NCBI RefSeq assembly: GCF_018350175.1
Contig: NC_058368.1
Coordinates: 150,910,001-150,974,000, forward strand
DNA length: 64,000 bases
Reading direction: 5' to 3'
Source of the DNA: Felis catus
Taxonomy: Eukaryota
This document shows positions 38,305-50,730 of the stretch, in pieces. The notes beneath the pieces were generated by a model, which was not told the origin of the DNA, ran no database searches, and saw only the letters and a program-made list of their open reading frames with translations. The translations under genes were made by a program, and so were the position numbers. Each line of letters starts with the position of its first letter. Position 1 is the stretch's first letter.

Positions 38305-40539
38305 CACTGAACTGATATACCAACTAACATTAAGTGGAGAATTGAGTCATTAACTTGAGGGGAAAAAAAAAACAAACAACCACACTTGTATTGATCAAAT
38401 TTATAAATAACTGTCCTGACTTTGTTTCTGAATGCAGACATGGGCTACTATGCAAGTCTATCACTAATTTGTCTCTATTGGGTCCCACTCTCTTGGAATC
38501 CACTATGAAAGAGCAAGCCATTTCCTCCATTGTACATAGAGTAAGAGACTTCAAATAAAATATAGTTCTCAGCTTTTGTGATCTGTGGGAACTTCATCCT
38601 AACAATAGTGTTAGCTGAGAGAAGTCGGGCTCATGTTAAATCCAAAGACATGCAATATCCATGCTATAGCAGGGGTACATTTTATTTTGTGATTTAAATA
38701 AAAACATTTCTAAAATCACGTATTCTATGATAACAAGATTCAAAAAGAGCCTAGGGTTATTGGAACACATGACATTCAAGCTTGAAAAGAATTTAGTTGG
38801 TTTAAAATTATTTGAAGATCATATGAAAGTAAGGAATTTCCTCCTAGCTTCAGTTTAATACCTACTATCACTATGGGGATACAAGTAGCTAACAAAAAAT
38901 CTTTCTACTAGATGAGTCATATTCCTACATGGAAAGTTGCCTAAACTCTATGTGCACTGAATGAAAGACTATGACTAAAGCATATTTAGTTATTCATTAG
39001 TTCATGTATAACAAAAATCCCACAGAATTTTTAAAGTCACAATAAATTAAAGCTGCATGTATGACAGCCCCTCTTAAAATGAGGAAATAAATCTACTAGT
39101 ATAATATATATAATTACTTTTGCATCCTGAAAATTATTAGAATGATTTATCTAGTCACTATGTGTATGCTACCAGTTATCCTATATACTTAATTCTGAAT
39201 ACTTTTAAACTGAAAATCATTTAAAATGCTAAAATCAAAGAAGTAATCAGAAAAAGTTATTTTCCTATTAAAAGTTCACTGCAAGTTCCAATTTCCTTAA
39301 AGACTTGAGGAAATTTTATAAACACAAACAAATACTCTACATGATGCATCATGTTCCACTGTATTTTCAGATCCTATGGATTTAAAGAATGTTACAGTGA
39401 TTTTAATACAGATTTTTACATCAGATTCTTCATTTTATTGATCACTAAAATAACATTGTAAGAATTAATTTTGAAAGCTGAAATATTTTCAAATCTATGT
39501 CATATAATCAACAAGAAGGAGATGATCCAATAGTAGAGCATATTAACTATAAACCCCATGTTGTTTAAGTAATCCACTTGAAAATTTCAGTTCCTTTGCA
39601 TTTTAATGTAAAGAATATTAATATTTCTATTAAAAATTCTATTTGTAATTGGAGGCCATGAGAAAAATCAGGAATGTAGGTCTTACCTCTGGTCCCATCG
39701 ACTAAAATTCTCTATAAAATGTTGGTGTTTACCACGTTGATATCCCTAAACTCCCCCATTCTCTGATGCTCTGGGCTTTGGCGTCAGCCCTTCTGCTGGG
39801 CAGACACTATTAACAAGGCCACCTGGACATCCACCATCATCGTTTTCTTTCAACAATGTCACCATAGTCTTGCAGAAAAGATCTCTGGTCTAATTTCTAC
39901 AACTATTTCCAACAATCATTTTGAGAATTTTCCTAGAAGATAAGTCAACGAGCTATCTTCTCTCTACAATGCAGAGTTTTAAATGGCTTAAGAAAAAGTT
40001 TACTATCACATAAATAGGCTCATTTGTTAAGCACTAAACAGTTTTACAAGGAAAGCTTCTTTTGGTCCTTACAGCACTCCCTCCAGTGCAGAATGATATG
40101 CATAGATTAAGGGACACCTATACTCCTGTACTTATAAAATGATGATGCATGGAATATTCTATTTTAGTACTGTTCCTTTCAAATGGGATTAGGAAAGTAT
40201 TCTATTTAAACAATGTTCAGGCTAAATTCCAATATTCTTCTGTGCCCTCAGTGAATGAGGACACATATATACTTGCCTAGATTATGCAGTTGATTAAATA
40301 AGCAGACAACACACAAAAGGACTCTCTAAGGGGTATAACCACAAAATTATTATTTAACACAAAGAATAATTTTATTATCCCAGTCTAAACCATCCTAGCT
40401 TTTAAAAGAAATTGGAGAGGGAAAGATAAAATATATCTTGGTCTTCATACAGGCAAAACTGATTCTGATTGTTTAATTAAAACCATCAAAATTATTATGT
40501 AAAAAAGATGCAGCTTTTAAGAAAACAAATTAAAATTAA

Positions 40540-40680
40540 AGCAGCACTATGTGTAGCGGGATTAAACACGTGGACTCTGGGACCGGACTGCCTGCATCTA
40601 AATCCTGACTCTGCTATTTATAGCTGTGTGATCTTGGACATGTTAACTCAACCTCTCTGTGTTCAGTTTTCTCGTCTTAC
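40540..40680 (+). mobile_element. MIR SINE 5' part
   Basis: ggactctgggaccggactgcctgcatctaaatcctgactctgctatttatagctgtgtgatcttggaca. Confidence 0.8.
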
Positions 40681-41509
40681 CTCATCCAAATGGGTTCTCT
40701 GGAGTATCCCATGTTCTCTGGCAGAAGGGTGAGAGGACTCCACAGCCTGCCCACAGTTGTTTGGGTCTTACTATCATATTAACTATAGACTACCTGAGGC
40801 CTACCTGGGTAGCTCATCAAAATCAGACAGTGCTTACCTATAGAAACTTCCTGACTCTGCCTCAGAGAATTTCTGAACTCAGTCCTTCAATCAACAATTC
40901 TCACCTAATATTGCATTAAGAAAACTTAGAAAATTATTAACTGCCTCTGAATATTGGCTTCACTTTGTCAGTGCATACCAAGAAAATATTTCTGCAACAT
41001 AATTTTCATCTGCCCTTGCATTAATCTAGCCTTTATATCACATCCATTTCATAAGAAAATTAATTCATCACTGAAACCAAGCTTTTATACAATTTTGTTA
41101 CTTTCCGAAAGCAGGACAACACAAAGACTAATAAAGCTGAATTAATACAATTAATTAATAAAATAAAATTAATTGATAAAAAAGCCTAACTCTGTCAAGC
41201 TGTATCATTAACTTTACTTTTCACCCAATGATTCCACCTACTTGAGAACCATGAGAAAGTCTCCAAGATATTAAAGATTATTAATAAGTACATATTTTTA
41301 AGTTAGTAACTTAAAGCACCAGGGGTACTCCACTATAAAAGATGCTAAAATAAAATCAAATTATTTCTCAATTACATTCTATTCCCAGATGTGTACACAG
41401 GAGAGACAAATTAAATATAAATATAAAAACACTAACAGTGACATAAACCATGAAAGGAATTTTCAGAATCTTTGTCTCCTAATCTGGCTCTTCTTCTTCC
41501 TTCCAACTT

Positions 41510-41621
41510 TTTTTTTAATATGAAATTTATTGTCAAATTGGTTTCCATACAACACCCAGTGCTCATCCCTACAGGTGCCCTCCTCAATACCCATCACCCA
41601 CCCTCAGTTCTCAGTTTTTTA
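41510..41621 (-). mobile_element. ~110-bp felid L1 (L1_Fc-like) 3' stub
   Basis: ttaatatgaaatttattgtcaaattggtttccatacaacacccagtgctcatcc; TSD TCCTTCCAACTT at 41498-41509 and 41624-41635. Confidence 0.88.
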
Positions 41622-41954
41622 CCTCCTTCCAACTTCTAACTATAAGCATAGCTCAAAGTTCACTGATTCAACTTTTATCTTTCTCAGAACTCACCAGTCA
41701 CACAGCTTTAACTAATTCTTTTCTGCATAAGACACCAGAGTTTACCAATTCAACCCTCAGTTCATGTCTTTATTCCAGTAAACTTTCTGACTGCCTAATG
41801 GACATTTTCATCATTTCAAATTTAGCCTGGCTCATCCATGTAACTTCTCTTCTAATGAATTGTGCCACATTTTTTCTAATCATTTGAGCTCACATTCTCC
41901 ATACGTAACTTCTCTTCGTTCCTCACACCCCACATATGTAGTCAGGCCCTCCTC

Positions 41955-42390
41955 TAAGTGTTTTGTTTGAATTGGTGGTCCCCAAGAACCAAGTGTTCAT
42001 TAGCCACTCCGTATTCACTGCATCTCACGGTGACTTTGGCCAGTGGGACATTAGCAAGTAGAAAGCAAGAAAGTACTGAAGTACTTGCACACTTGGGCTT
42101 AGTACTCTTGAAATGCTTCTCTTGGAACCTTGAGCCACCAGGCAAAGAGATTCAGCTATTCTACTGGGGAGACCTTGTAGAGAGAGATGACCATTTGTTC
42201 TGGCTATTTAGATGGTGTGCCAGGTGCTCTAAACAAGTTAAGAAGCCATCCTTTACATTCTAACACCAGCAGATACCAGGTGAAGCAGAAGACATCTGAG
42301 GCTAATCCAGATGGTACAATTAAGACAAGTTCTTATTTTAAGCCGCTGTATTTTGGGGTACTTATTGTGCAGCAATCGATTACAGGAGAT
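41955..42390 (+). mobile_element. MaLR solo LTR (MLT1F/G-like)
   Basis: gactttggccagtgggacattagcaag...cttgcacacttgggctt...ttttaagccgctgtattttggggt...gcagcaatcgat. Confidence 0.75.
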
Positions 42391-43789
42391 GTTTTTTATG
42401 AAGTCATCCACAAAAACACCAGTTCCATAGGGATCTCTATTCCCACTGAATGCTTATTGCACCTCCTGTGTACTGTTTCCTTGCTTCATCATCATACAAT
42501 GTATCACCTTAAACTACAGGACTTTTTTGCGTTTTCTTCTCCAGCATGACTATAACTGTCTTACTTTCCAAATCTAGAACATCATGGACCCAATAATTAT
42601 TTGCTGAAAGATGACAGGGAAGAGAGAAGGAAGGAGGGAGGAGAGAAGGGAGGGTGACTAAAGAAGAAAAGAGAGATGAGTCAAGTCAAACTGAACAAAA
42701 CTGAACAGCAGGCCATAGGCAAAGGGTAGGGAGAAAATATATTGACATTTTTGCTCACTGAGCAAAGACAAAAGAAAAATTCTGCATAGATAACTATGAC
42801 TATGAAATATAGGTCAAGGTAAATGCTTGGAACATTTTCTATTTTGCTTATAAAATGATGGGCAATAAAACAGAAATAACTGTCTTATAGAAACCTGGTT
42901 ATTATGTGCTGACATTACTTCTTTTTCAGCACATGCTTTTATAAGTGAAGAGAATGCCATCAATGTAAGCACTATCAATATATTTCCACATATATTTCTC
43001 ACACACACTGGATTAAAGGAGACTGAGTTTGTGTTGAAGAGAAGTTACCAACAAAGTCTCACGTTAGGGATGTGGTGAGTGATTATAATTGATGACAGTT
43101 TTAGCACTGTAGTAATGAGAACAAGGTAGATTTTTACCATTTCCCACTCCTATCTTTATCACTAAAATAGATCCAGGGTATGCCATTTTCTCTTCTTATT
43201 AGTCTTTGTCATAAGAATATGGCATCGGAATGTTAATGCCTAAAAGAACCCCAGGAAAACAAAGTTTTATAGCTTCAAGTCTCTGGTGTGTGGTAGGGTT
43301 GCTGTCTAAGAAAAAAAATTTCAAATACTTCAGAAATTTTAGTCAAAATTGTTGTAAGATTTTTTTTAATCTTTTTCAGAACAAGTTTTATTTATAAAAA
43401 GGATTAAATGATAAATATAGAAAGGTTGTAGCTCTCAGTAAACAGTCTTGAATCTCTTCTTTGTTTTGCAAGAAAGGTTCTTTAACAGTAACATGAGCCA
43501 GAGAAACCTCACTTACAATGCTATCATATGGCTCTGTTTTAAGCAAAAAAGGAAAAGTGGTTGGATCATATTTATGGCAGGTCTAAATTAGAATGCAAAT
43601 AAATTTTGGTCAAGTCACCTTGTGTAGAAACCATCTTGGTTACTCAGATTAATTAAGTTGGAATAGAGTAGAAGATGGAAGTTCCTTCTGTTCCCATGGG
43701 GTTCCTTTGTTAATCTGCCAAATCCATGAAGTCTTTGCAATTTATCTACTGAAGCAACATTTAAAATATTTAGTGCCATTGAGGGGCCT

Positions 43790-44365
43790 CTTAGGACAAT
43801 GCCAAGAACACTGATTTAGAGCCAGATTTGAGTCCAAGAAATTTTTCCACTCCCTCCCTCCTCTGTGGTTGTCGAAGGCCAGTTATCTTCTCTGAGCCTC
43901 AGTTTCCTTAACTACAAAGTGGGCATAATAATGGGTTACAGGGATGTGACTATTACAATAGATATTGTAAAAAAAAAAATGCTCTGTGAACTCTATTGTA
44001 TTGATTCTCAAAGGGTGGTTTCTGGTCCAGCATCCTCTGGGAACTTACTGGAAATGACAATTCTTGGGCCTCATCCCAGATCTGCAGAACCAGCAATACT
44101 GAAGTGGGGGCCCAGCAACCTCTGTTTTCACAAGCCCCTCAGGTGATTCTGATGGGTGTTGACATCTAAGAAGCACTTCTCTGAAGCATTCCCACTTACT
44201 TCTTTAGGCAAGGGCCTAACTGACCTAACTAAGCGCATCATTTTCCTTACCTATAAATTGTGCCTACCTCATGGAATTAATGTGAAAATTTAACAAGTTA
44301 GTATGTGTAAAGTGTTGAGAACAGTGCCGGGCAAGGGACAAACATAAGAGTTAACCATTATCTTA
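43790..44365 (+). mobile_element. MIR fragments flanking a MER5A
   Basis: tctctgagcctcagtttccttaactacaaagtggg and atgtgtaaagtgttgagaacagtgccgggca. Confidence 0.65.
44000..44178 (+). mobile_element. MER5A (hAT MITE)
   Basis: ttctcaaagggtggt...gggaacttactggaaatg...gggcccagcaacctctgttttcacaagcccctcaggtgattctgatg. Confidence 0.88.
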
Positions 44366-44369
44366 TAAT

Positions 44370-45170
44370 CCAATCACTGCTCGAAGACTTGGAAATACTG
44401 AAGCAAACAGGGTAGACAGGGTTCCCGTTCTCACAGAAAAGATGGATGATATGAGTAAACAAATAAGCAATGTCATTTCACGAAGTGCTAAGAAGTGCTA
44501 CAGATTTTCTAATAATAAAGACTGAATTGGGGAGGAGGGCTAAGGGAGGTTCCTTTAGTTAGGATGAGAAGGAAAGCCAGAGTCTTGACAGACATTTGAG
44601 CTGAGACCTGAATGAGGACAAAGAGCCACCCACATGGAAATCTGGTGAAAGAGCATCCAGGAGGCCACAGAAATGCAAAGTGAGGCATGAATGCAATGCC
44701 TTGTATAAGGAATGGAACAAAGGGTGGTATATGGAACAGTAATGGAGAAGAAAGTGGAGGGTGACATGGTCGAAAAGGTGGGCAATAGTGACCATACACG
44801 AGGCCTTTTTGGGCATTTCAAGAGTATGGGTTTCACTCTCAGTGTTATAGGAAATGTTTTGGGATATTTTAAGCAAGGAGTGATCTGATTTTTAAAGACA
44901 ATTTTAGCTGCCCTGTTGAAAATGGACTATAGAGCAGGCATAAGTGGAAGCATCAAGACACGTTAAGAGGCTATTGCAGTAACATAGGCAAGAGCAGCTT
45001 GATGGGGGCTGGATTGAGTTGCAGTGGTAGAAGTGGAGAGAGCAGATGAGAACAGAGATACACTTTGGAGGAAGAGTCAACAGGATTTTCCAATGAGCTG
45101 AATTTGGCCAGGGGAGGAAAAGAACAAGCACGGATGAGTCTTATTACTAAGTCTTTTAGGCTTGACTTAT
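44370..45170 (-). mobile_element. L2 LINE fragment
   Basis: gacatttgagctgagacctgaatga; ttttaagcaaggagtgat; agaggctattgcagtaa. Confidence 0.8.
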
Positions 45171-45359
45171 AAGGACTCTTCAAATATCGAAAAATGTAGT
45201 CCTAAGACAAAGAAGAAGTACTGCAAAGAGCATTTTAGCTCAACTCTGCCACTAATTATCTGTGTGACCCTGAACATGTCTGGGTTCCTCAGCACTTCAG
45301 CTCACAGTCGTTGAGTCAGGATTTAAGGATATCTCTACTTCTGGGTAAGTAAAATTCAC

Positions 45360-46078
45360 TCATACCATAAGTCAAATCCACTGGCTGCTTTCTAAGCTCT
45401 TGATCTCCATGTAGAATTTTATGGGTTGAACCCTAGACACTCTCTCTTCTCTTAAGTCTTCACAGACCATTCTCTTTGCTAATCTTGGATTGTGCCGTAT
45501 CTTTCTCTAACCAGATTAATCTTTTCTCTTCCCAATCCCAGTATGTGATTTTATAGGATTCCCTCCACTCTCATCCTATATCCATAGCTTTAACCAGTCT
45601 TAGAGATTAATGACTCCTCTAGTCTATTGACCTGGGCCTATGCATCCATAGACATACTGGGTATTTATTTCCAGGAGTTTCACAGTCACCTCAACTCAAT
45701 CATTTGCCTTCCTTCTGTCTTACCTACTTTGAGAATCATTCAGTCACTAAAATTATAATAGTAATAACAAAATGTTTAAAATAAAATCTCAGACTTCTGC
45801 TTTGAATCTTCTAGTCTTCCCCATGGTTAATATGTCACTGTCATTTCCTCTGAATTCTCATTGCTTATGCCTTAGTTCACAGTCATCATCGCTTACCTGG
45901 ACTATTTCATCAGCCTTTTTACCTTCTCTGTCCAACAACCATACTGAAGTCACAGTAATATTTCTAAAATATACTTCATATGATTCCTTCATTCTCCTGC
46001 TTAAAATTCTTCAGTAGATTACACACCACTAGGTCAAACTCCTTAGGATGATATTCAGAGTCTTTCATGATCTGGCCC
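45360..46078 (+). mobile_element. L2 LINE fragment (resumes at 48857)
   Basis: ctcctgcttaaaattcttcagt...tttcatgatctggccc. Confidence 0.65.
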
Positions 46079-46399
46079 TGTCTTAATCCATTCAGTGGCT
46101 ATAACAAAATGCCACACAGTAGGGAGCTTATAAACAACAGGCACTGCTCACAGTTCTGGGGGCTGGAAGTTAGAGATCAGGGGTCCAGCAGGATCAGGTG
46201 AGGGTCTCTTCCAGGTCGCAGATTTTTCTTTGTGTCCCCACATGGCAGAAGGGGTAGGGAACTCTTTGGGGGCTCTTTGATAAGGGCACTAATCCCAAAC
46301 ATGAGTGTTCTACCCTCATGAGCCAATTACTTCCCAAAACCCCCACCTCCTAATACCATGTCCTTGGGGATTAGGACTTCAATATATCAATTTGGGGAC
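46079..46399 (-). mobile_element. MaLR LTR (MLT1A0-like), 5' ~20 bp missing
   Basis: tgtcttaatccattcag...ataaacaacag...cacatggcagaagggg...taagggcactaatccca...cctcctaatacca. Confidence 0.88.
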
Positions 46400-46400
46400 T

Positions 46401-46710
46401 TTTGATGGTTAATATTATGTGTTAATTTGACAGGGCTAACTAAGAGATGCGCAGGTAGCTAGTAGAACATTCTTTCTGGAAGTATCTTGGAGGGCATGTC
46501 TGAAAAAGATTACCATTTGAACCACTGAACTGAGTAAAGAAATGCATGTAGGTGAGCATAGTCAATCTGAAGGGCCCCAATAGAACAAAAAGGTGGAGAA
46601 AGGGCTAATTCACTTCCTCTGCTTGAGCTAAGACATCCATTTTCTGCCATTAGACATCGGTATTCTTGGTTCTCAGACTTTTGGACTCAGATTAGGACTT
46701 ATACCACCAG
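46401..46710 (+). mobile_element. ERVL LTR 5' part (MLT2B-like)
   Basis: t(t)tgatggttaatattatgtgttaatttgac...aatagaacaaaaaggtggag. Confidence 0.82.
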
Positions 46711-47690
46711 ATATCATATCTACTGGTGCCATGATCTTGGACTTCCCAGCCCCCAGAACTCTAAGAAATAAAACCCAGTCTGTGGTATCTTGGTATAGCA
46801 GTCTAAAGCACTAAGACATAAAATTGATACCAGGTATGGGGTGCTGCTGTAACAAATACCAAAATTGTGAAAGTGGTTTTGGAAATGGGTAACAGGTACA
46901 GGCTGGAAACGTTTTGCAGTGTATGCTAGAAAAAGCCTATATTGCTGTCAAGAGACTCCTGAAAAGCAAATCTGGTGAAGGGCTTAGAAGGAGAAGAGGA
47001 CAGTTATAGAGAAGGCCTCAATCTCCTTAGAGAACATATAAATGGTCATAAACAGAATATTGGTAGAAATATGGATGGTAAAGGCTATTATGATGAGGTC
47101 TCAGATCGAAATGAGCTCCCCACAGTCTGGTGTCACATTCTTCAGCCCACAGGTGTGGCTTTAGTAAGCCCTGGTACAACATGTGTTATATCCAGCAATA
47201 CAGAGGCCATGGCTACCTCCACCTAGATTTTAAAGAATGGAGCCACCAACTACCCAACTCTGGCAGAGGGCCATTGCTGGGGCAGGACTACCACAGAGTG
47301 CTCACTACACAGAGTGCTGGGCGATACCCAGCAGAGCCATGAGGACCTGCTACCTCCATTACCACAGACTGGTAAAACAACAGCATGTGATTCCAGCCTG
47401 GGAGAGCTGCATCATAGGCTGCACTCAGCAAAGCTGGTGGGACCACTCAGAGCCTTGTGGGCACAACTCTGATCCCAGTCTGTCTACAAGGCAGAGCACT
47501 GAGCCAAGGATTGCTTTCAAGCCCTGGGATTTAGTGTTGTTTGACCTATTAGGTTTAGGATTACCATGGATTTGTTACTCCTTTTTTTTTTTTCTCCCTT
47601 TTGGAATGGGAATGTATATCCAATCCCTATCCCACTACTGCATTTTGGAAATATGTAACATGTTTGATTTCACAGGTTCACAACTGCAGG
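46711..47690 (+). mobile_element. MLT1A LTR 3' part + MaLR internal sequence
   Basis: gatcttggacttcccagcccccagaact...ctaagaca, then aattgataccagg...ggggtgctgctgtaacaaatacc (start of MLT1-int). Confidence 0.8.
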
Positions 47691-48362
47691 GCACATATAG
47701 CCTTCCAAAAACCCTTGCCCCAGCCTGCAAAGTATTGCCCCCTGGCCAGTACTGTAACTGAGTCTTCAAAAGGCCATTCCACCGTTCTATCAGGCCAGCT
47801 GCTTCAGGATGGAGGCAACATAGTAGGACCAGTGAATTCCACCAATAAGGGCCCAATGCTGCATTTATTTTGCTATGAATTGAGTTCCTTGATCTGAAAA
47901 AGTAATGCTATGTAGAATATCATGATGTTAAAAATGTTAAAAAATAAAAAAGAGACTACTTATGAATGGAGAATGTCAGGGCCTTGATCCAAAAAATCCC
48001 AAAGATCTGCACTGTGATTCACCTATATAAGCCTGCCAAAGACTCCAAACAGCATCTCTGTCTGCCACTGACACTTCAAGCCCCATTGGATCTGTGGGAT
48101 CATATGGCCCAAGTGGCAGAGCAGCTTGCACAGCAGCCTGGACCTGTCAGAGAGCCCTCTCTTGTTTGCGGCTCCACTTATAACCAGCAGCTTTTCAGGG
48201 AATTCAACAAATGGGCCAGTGTAACACACCCAGATGAGGAATATGTTGCCTCCAAAATTCAGAGACCCACTAGGTAATGTACTTCTTGGTTGTAGTAGGG
48301 GCCAGATATAACTTATCCTTCATCTTAGAAGGGATACCGCAACATACACCACTGCTGGAATC
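47691..48362 (-). mobile_element. ERVL internal region, deleted (pol RT/integrase remnants)
   Basis: Minus-strand HPEAAGLIERWNGLLKTQL (ERVL integrase core); RT-like GFWRQHIPHLGVL segment. Confidence 0.88.
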
Positions 48363-48856
48363 TGTATCACTCAGGGTCATCCAGAGAAAAAGAACCATAG
48401 GATATACAAAGAGAAAGAGGGGGGGGATAAGAGATTGATTATAGGAATTGGCTTATGTGTCTATGGAGGCCAAGATGTCCCATGATCTGCTGCCTACACC
48501 CTAGAGAACTAGGAAAGCTGATAGTATAAGTCAATCCAAGTCCAAAAGGCTAAGAATAAGGGTTGGTGGAGTAGGTTCTCAGCTAAGTCCAAAAGCAGAA
48601 GACAGGAGATTGATAACTCATCTCAGGTAGAGACACATTAATTGTTCTTCTTCACCCTTTTGTTCTATTTAGGCTCTCAATGGATTGGATGATACCCACC
48701 CACATTGGAGAGGGTCATCTACTTTGTTCAGTTCACCAGTTCAAACGCTAATCTCTTCTAGAAACACTTTCAGAGGCACACCCAGAAATAAGCTTTTACC
48801 AACTATCTAGGCATCCCTTAGCCCAGTCAAGGTGACACATAAAATTAACCATCACA
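48363..48856 (-). mobile_element. ERVL 5' LTR (MLT2B-like)
   Basis: TG...CA ends; tgtgatggttaattttatgtgtcacc on -; followed on - by internal sequence. Confidence 0.88.
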
Positions 48857-49255
48857 GGACCTTTCTCACCTTTCTATCCTCCATATATGGAACTTCAGCA
48901 ATACCAAACTATCTGCAGCTCTTGAAATAAACCATGCTATTTCTCATTGTCTCACTGTCTTTCTTAGTATATGCTGCCTAGAATTCCCTGTTCCCTTATC
49001 TGCCTGGGTCTCCCTTAATTGGCCTCAAATACCAGCTCAAAATTATGAGTCTGGAGGCCTCCCTAACATACATCTCTAGGCAAAGTAAAGTGACTACTAA
49101 TGCCTCCCAACAGTGCTGTGGCTATACCTCTGCTCTTCTCAATGAATTGCCAATATAATTACATGTTATCTGTATCAGTCATGAGACTAGGGCAAGTAAG
49201 GGAAGGTGTTTTATCTCTGCATCTCCAACATCCAGAACATGATGGTCCTTAATAT
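48857..49255 (+). mobile_element. L2 LINE fragment (continuation of 45360-46078)
   Basis: L2-like gcaataccaaactatctgcagctc...ctgcctagaattccct...atctctgcatctcca. Confidence 0.55.
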
Positions 49256-49561
49256 TCATTCATTCAATAAATATTTATTGAATGCCTTATCTCCTATAAT
49301 TGAATAAAACAGACAAAGAGCTCTAACCCCACAGAGCTTACATTCTTGTGGGAGCATGGCGAGTGGAGAGGACAGAGACAATAAAAAATAAACATAGTAA
49401 ATAAAGTATTTAATATCCGTATAGAAGGTGATAAGTGCTATGAAAGGTAAAGTGGAGTAAAGAAAAAGGAGTGCCCTGGGGTGGGGGTGGAGAATAGATT
49501 GCAGTATTGAATAGTAATAAGTAGTATTATTAAATAGTAACATGATTGAATAGTAATATTA

Positions 49562-49972
49562 TTCATGATTAGCTAGGTTATGTGGTAGTAACAAACAACC
49601 CTCAAATCTCAGTAGCTTAAAACAATGAAGGTTTATTTCTGGCTCATGCAAAATATCCATTACAGGTTGGTGGGCATTCTGCCCATGCCATCCTCACTCA
49701 GAAATCCAGGCTAATAGAGACCCCATCATCTGAAAGGCTGACAGTTGCAGGGACACAGGGAAGACAGCATTGTATACAAGAGAATATACATAGGAGAATC
49801 TACACAGGCTTTTAAAAACATCCACCTAGAAGTGACACCTGTCACCTCTGCTCACATTTCTTTGGCCATAACAAATCATATGCTCCTGTCTAACTTCAAG
49901 GAAGAAAGAAAGTGTGATCTGCCTCGTTGAGAGGGGAATTGGATATTGATGAATGGTAGTAATGTCTATCAG
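49562..49972 (-). mobile_element. MaLR solo LTR (MLT1J-like)
   Basis: gtaacaaacaaccctcaaatctcagtagcttaaaacaatgaaggtttatttct; agaagtgacacctgtcacctctgctcacattt. Confidence 0.8.
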
Positions 49973-50075
49973 AGTGTTCGGTTGCTAAGATGAGAGATGA
50001 GAGAGTTAAACAAGCAGAAATCTATGGGAAGAATGTTCCAGGCAGAAGCAGCTAGTGAGAAAGCCTCAATGTGTT

Positions 50076-50310
50076 GGGGCACCTGGATGGCTCAGTCGGT
50101 TGAGCATCGGACTTCAGCTCAGGTCATGATCTCACAGTTCGTGGGTTCAAGCCCCATGTCAGGCTCCATGTCTGTGCTGACAGCTTGGAGCTTGGATCCT
50201 GCTTCAGATTCTGTGCCTCCCTCTCTCTCTGCCCCAACCCACTCGCATTCTGTCTCTTTCTCTCTCAAAAACAAATAAACATTAAAAAAAAATTTTAATA
50301 AAAAAAAAAA
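50076..50310 (+). mobile_element. CAN-SINE
   Basis: TSD AGAAAGCC(T/C)CAATGTG at 50058-50073 and 50311-50326. Confidence 0.95.
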
Positions 50311-50540
50311 AGAAAGCCCCAATGTGAAGCATATCTGGAGTGTTTTAGGAACAGCAAGGAGGCCAGTGTACCTGGAGAGCAGTGAGAGAGGGACAATACT
50401 AGGAGGTGAGATCAGAGATGTAGGGAGGGAGGGTAGAGACCAGATCACAGAGAGGGAGGCCAAGGTAACTACCAAGAGATGGGTCTGCCTGCTCTGAGAC
50501 TAAACGACTACCAACCCGGGGTGTAACTTGAATTGATTTT

Positions 50541-50730
50541 ATTTTTTTAATTTTTAAAAATGTTTTATTTATTTTTGAGAGAGTACAAGCAGGGGAGGGG
50601 CAGAAGGGAACAGAGGATCTGAAGTGCACTGACAGCAGCAAGCCCACTGTGGGGCTTGAACTCACAAACCGAGAGATTATGACCTGAGCTGAAGTTGAAT
50701 GCCCAACTGACTGAGCTACCCAGCTATCCC
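50541..50730 (-). mobile_element. CAN-SINE
   Basis: Reverse SINE; degenerate TSD taactt(g/aa)aattgatttt at 50524-50540 and 50731-50748. Confidence 0.92.

Larger units (their letters stand above)
49256..50470 (-). mobile_element. L2 LINE 3' end, interrupted by an MLT1J-like LTR and a SINE
   Basis: cattcattcaataaatatttattgaatgcct; ggaacagcaaggaggccagtgt. Confidence 0.75.

Noticed and set aside
47237..47761. Longest ORF in the track (174 aa)
   Set aside because: Spans the MaLR-internal/ERVL junction; resembles no protein I recognise
47635..47856. Integrase-like ORF as an active or domesticated retroviral gene
   Set aside because: Short, deleted ERVL pol remnant with no intact frame
49505..49570. 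Repeats of ATTGAATAGTAA as a CRISPR-like array
   Set aside because: Short, degenerate AT-rich tandem repeats at an L2/LTR junction in eukaryotic DNA; no spacers
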